A DNA stretch of 58,348 bases from a virus (Duplodnaviria; Caudoviricetes), in the IMG/VR virus record IMGVR_UViG_3300044641_001300, positions 1-58,348 of that record; one strand, 5' to 3'. The notes under the pieces are model-generated. The model worked only from the letters and a program-made list of their open reading frames with translations, was not told the DNA's origin and searched no databases. The position numbers were made by a program, and so were the translations under genes. Below are positions 56,309 to 58,348 of this stretch, piece after piece (positions within the stretch are counted from its first letter, which is position 1; every line of letters begins with the position of its first letter).

Positions 56309-56851
56309 CTATTCTGCTATTACGAACGAGACTGAAACTTCAGCGGCTACAACTTTGACTGAAGGAACAATTTCGCCTTGGGTTGATATTACTTTATCTT
56401 CGGACTGATTCAAAGCACCTAGGGCTTTTTTATCGATTTCTTTTTTGATTCGAACCAACTCAGGGGCATTTGTCTCAGCCCACTCGAGGAACTTAGATTC
56501 ATCCTCAATATCGAACTTGACTCGACCTGAGATAGTTTTGATGGTGCCGTGGGGCAGGACTATGCTTTTACGGTCTTTAGAGCGCTCTGTAAGGGCGTAA
56601 GGGCGTAGGTTCGCCTCAAACCATTCAGCGTCTCTTTCGAGGTCTGTATTGACCTTCTCTAGCCATTCTGCGACCCTTTTGATTTCTCGGTCAAAGATGG
56701 CTTTGTTATCTGATTGCTTGCGTCGAATAGAGGCAAGTTTTCTCATTGCCCAATCAGCCTTTGAATCGTCATCTACGACGAATGGCTCACGGGCTGGTTC
56801 CTCAATGATTTCAAAATCATCAACTGGTCTTACTGATATTGCGTTGTCCAT
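56309..56851 (-). CDS. Mu Gam-like DNA end-protection protein
   Basis: F.V.D...ADWA.RK, KS..LP.G.I, K.E.DK.AL, GE.VP.V; start MDNAIS. Confidence 0.8.
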   Translation of the reverse strand: MDNAISVRPVDDFEIIEEPAREPFVVDDDSKADWAMRKLASIRRKQSDNKAIFDREIKRVAEWLEKVNTDLERDAEWFEANLRPYALTERSKDRKSIVLPHGTIKTISGRVKFDIEDESKFLEWAETNAPELVRIKKEIDKKALGALNQSEDKVISTQGEIVPSVKVVAAEVSVSFVIAE

Positions 56852-56907
56852 GCGGACTCCTCTCGTTATAGGAGAGGGTACTAAACGGGGGTTTAGTTTG
56901 TCAAGCC

Positions 56908-57189
56908 CTACAACCCGATAACTTGTCCAACATACATTGAGGCACCGACAACCGTACAGATGAAGAGCGCTCCGACGGTACGAATGACCCATTCGGAGCG
57001 ACTCTCCATCTTTTCAAGACGGTCTGTAATGTGTTCCATGGCTTGCGTGACTCTTTCAGAATCAGAGTCGTAAACATCTTTGCGAAGATAGGTTTGGCTA
57101 ACATTTAGATTCATCTGCTTGACTTCCATAGTTAGGTCATCAAGCCGACGCATAATCTCTCCTAAACTTGGCTTTACCTCTTCGCTCAT
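56908..57189 (-). CDS. Coiled-coil membrane protein of the lysis cassette
   Basis: C-terminal TM; follows the endolysin. Confidence 0.6.
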   Translation of the reverse strand: MSEEVKPSLGEIMRRLDDLTMEVKQMNLNVSQTYLRKDVYDSDSERVTQAMEHITDRLEKMESRSEWVIRTVGALFICTVVGASMYVGQVIGL

Positions 57190-57192
57190 GTT

Positions 57193-57675
57193 TTATGCCT
57201 CGTACTTCGGACGGACGACAGCCATGATTAGTTTGTAATTTCTTTTCTTTAAGAAAGCGCCATCTCCGTTTGATTGACTGCCCTTTCCATCACCGCTTGT
57301 ATTGCCTTCGTAAACTTGTAGATACTTTAAGGTTGTGTTGTTCCATTTTACAATACCAACATGGTCTGCCTGAGCATCATCGTCGAACTGAAAAAATGCA
57401 ATATCTCCAGCCTTTGCTTGCCCAACTGGAACCAACTGACCTTTACCTGCAAACCATTTCAAACCAGCATCGCATGAAGCAAAACCTTTTTTAGATTGAG
57501 CCGCGATTAGGTCAGATAGACCTGCCTCCTTGAAGCACCATGAAACATACATGGCGCACCAAGGTTGGTTATTGAGTCCATACCACTTACCGAACTTAGT
57601 GTCGTTATTGGTACCTTCTCGATAACCCGCATCAACCTCCGCTTTTGCGGATGCTAGGACTTTTTGAACTGACAT
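57193..57675 (-). CDS. Endolysin, CHAP domain
   Basis: PWCAMYVSW, GD..FF, DHVGIV, EGNT. Confidence 0.92.
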   Translation of the reverse strand: MSVQKVLASAKAEVDAGYREGTNNDTKFGKWYGLNNQPWCAMYVSWCFKEAGLSDLIAAQSKKGFASCDAGLKWFAGKGQLVPVGQAKAGDIAFFQFDDDAQADHVGIVKWNNTTLKYLQVYEGNTSGDGKGSQSNGDGAFLKKRNYKLIMAVVRPKYEA

Positions 57676-57944
57676 TATTTTTTCTTCACCGACTTCTTGG
57701 CTGTAATCTTTTTTACAACTGCATCGGTTACTCCGTCGGCAATCTTGCCAAACGCAGGGTCCTTCGGATTAGCCGCTCTGATTGCGACGGGGAGGACGGC
57801 TGAAACGCCAGCCGCTAAAATTGCCTTAAGTGCATCGCCATCAAGGGCAAGGATGTCCCCGCCTGTAATCATGAAGGCTGTTGTTACTGCCGCTAGGAAT
57901 GACCGTCCATACGAAGCGAGCATTGCTTTAGTTTTGCTGTCCAT
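57675..57944 (-). CDS. Holin
   Basis: Two TM helices, NP.D.AFG, basic C-terminus; upstream of the endolysin. Confidence 0.75.
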   Translation of the reverse strand: MDSKTKAMLASYGRSFLAAVTTAFMITGGDILALDGDALKAILAAGVSAVLPVAIRAANPKDPAFGKIADGVTDAVVKKITAKKSVKKK

Positions 57945-57986
57945 TGTTTCTCCTAAATGTAGGTAGGTAAATAATAACCTATGGTT

Positions 57987-58348
57987 TTATGAACCAAGGT
58001 AGATTAAAGATAGCGCATTAAAATAACCTGTGTGGTCTACTCCCCCGACACTCAGAATTAAATCATTATCAGGGTTATGGTCATGATGGACTCCCATACG
58101 AACATATTCACCTTTTGTAAAAGTTATGGGTATTGAGGTAACACTCATGTGATGACCATGTTGTTTTGTGGTCAGGTCACCATCTTGCCTAGCAATCTCT
58201 TGAGTTCCTTTTTCAATAAAGACCGCGCAATAGCCGCTATTTTGCCCTTCCCATAAAACTGATGCGGTGGCAATGTAACGACCAGTAACAGGGATTGTAA
58301 GTTTTGTAGGGTCGCTGACTGTCCAGCATCCCCACCCGTCTGAATTAT
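57987..58348 (-). CDS. Tail-tip/spike-like protein, 3' part (beta-sandwich, His-rich)
   Basis: In-frame continuation ...DGWGCWTVSDPTKLTIPVTGRYIATASVLW...HGHHMSV...HHDH...SLIYLGS*. Confidence 0.7.
   Translation of the reverse strand, partial: NSDGWGCWTVSDPTKLTIPVTGRYIATASVLWEGQNSGYCAVFIEKGTQEIARQDGDLTTKQHGHHMSVTSIPITFTKGEYVRMGVHHDHNPDNDLILSVGGVDHTGYFNALSLIYLGS
58329..58348. repeat. Terminal overlap, identical to 1-20
   Basis: Exact 20-nt match to the window start. Confidence 0.95.

Noticed and set aside
1-58348. Prophage, integrase, tRNA genes or stop-codon reassignment
   Set aside because: No recombinase, host flanks or cloverleaf recognised; genes are full length in the standard code with all three stops used

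Overview
The window is one complete, circularly assembled tailed-phage genome. The first 20 nt are repeated at 58329-58348, and one gene reads through the junction. The host is almost certainly an actinobacterium: two WhiB-like genes, an actinobacterial SLT-type transglycosylase, a DUF5047-like minor tail protein and many leaderless starts. The low GC for an actinophage (judged by eye) suggests a freshwater acI/Nanopelagicales-type host, which is inference. Most genes are on the minus strand: lysis, replication/recombination, terminase, then a ~17 kb island of early/accessory genes, then portal, MuF, a cargo cassette, prohead protease, scaffold, capsid, a block of fibre genes, head-tail genes, two paralogous tail-tube genes, tail chaperone, tape measure and tail tip. 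No integrase, DNA polymerase, tRNA or CRISPR array was recognised. The most striking feature is the cassette between MuF and the scaffold (24240-30072). It encodes putative host-takeover enzymes (ADP-ribosyltransferase, GNAT acetyltransferase, RelA/SpoT-like synthetase and an unknown domain). Each is preceded by the same His-rich tag K-H-G-[DE]-H-D-Q-x-x-H-G, which occurs 5 times, one copy being reachable only through a hidden -1 frameshift. Putative immunity modules downstream have their own early-type promoters, and one is fused to the prohead protease. All functional calls come from motif recognition only; no database search was run.
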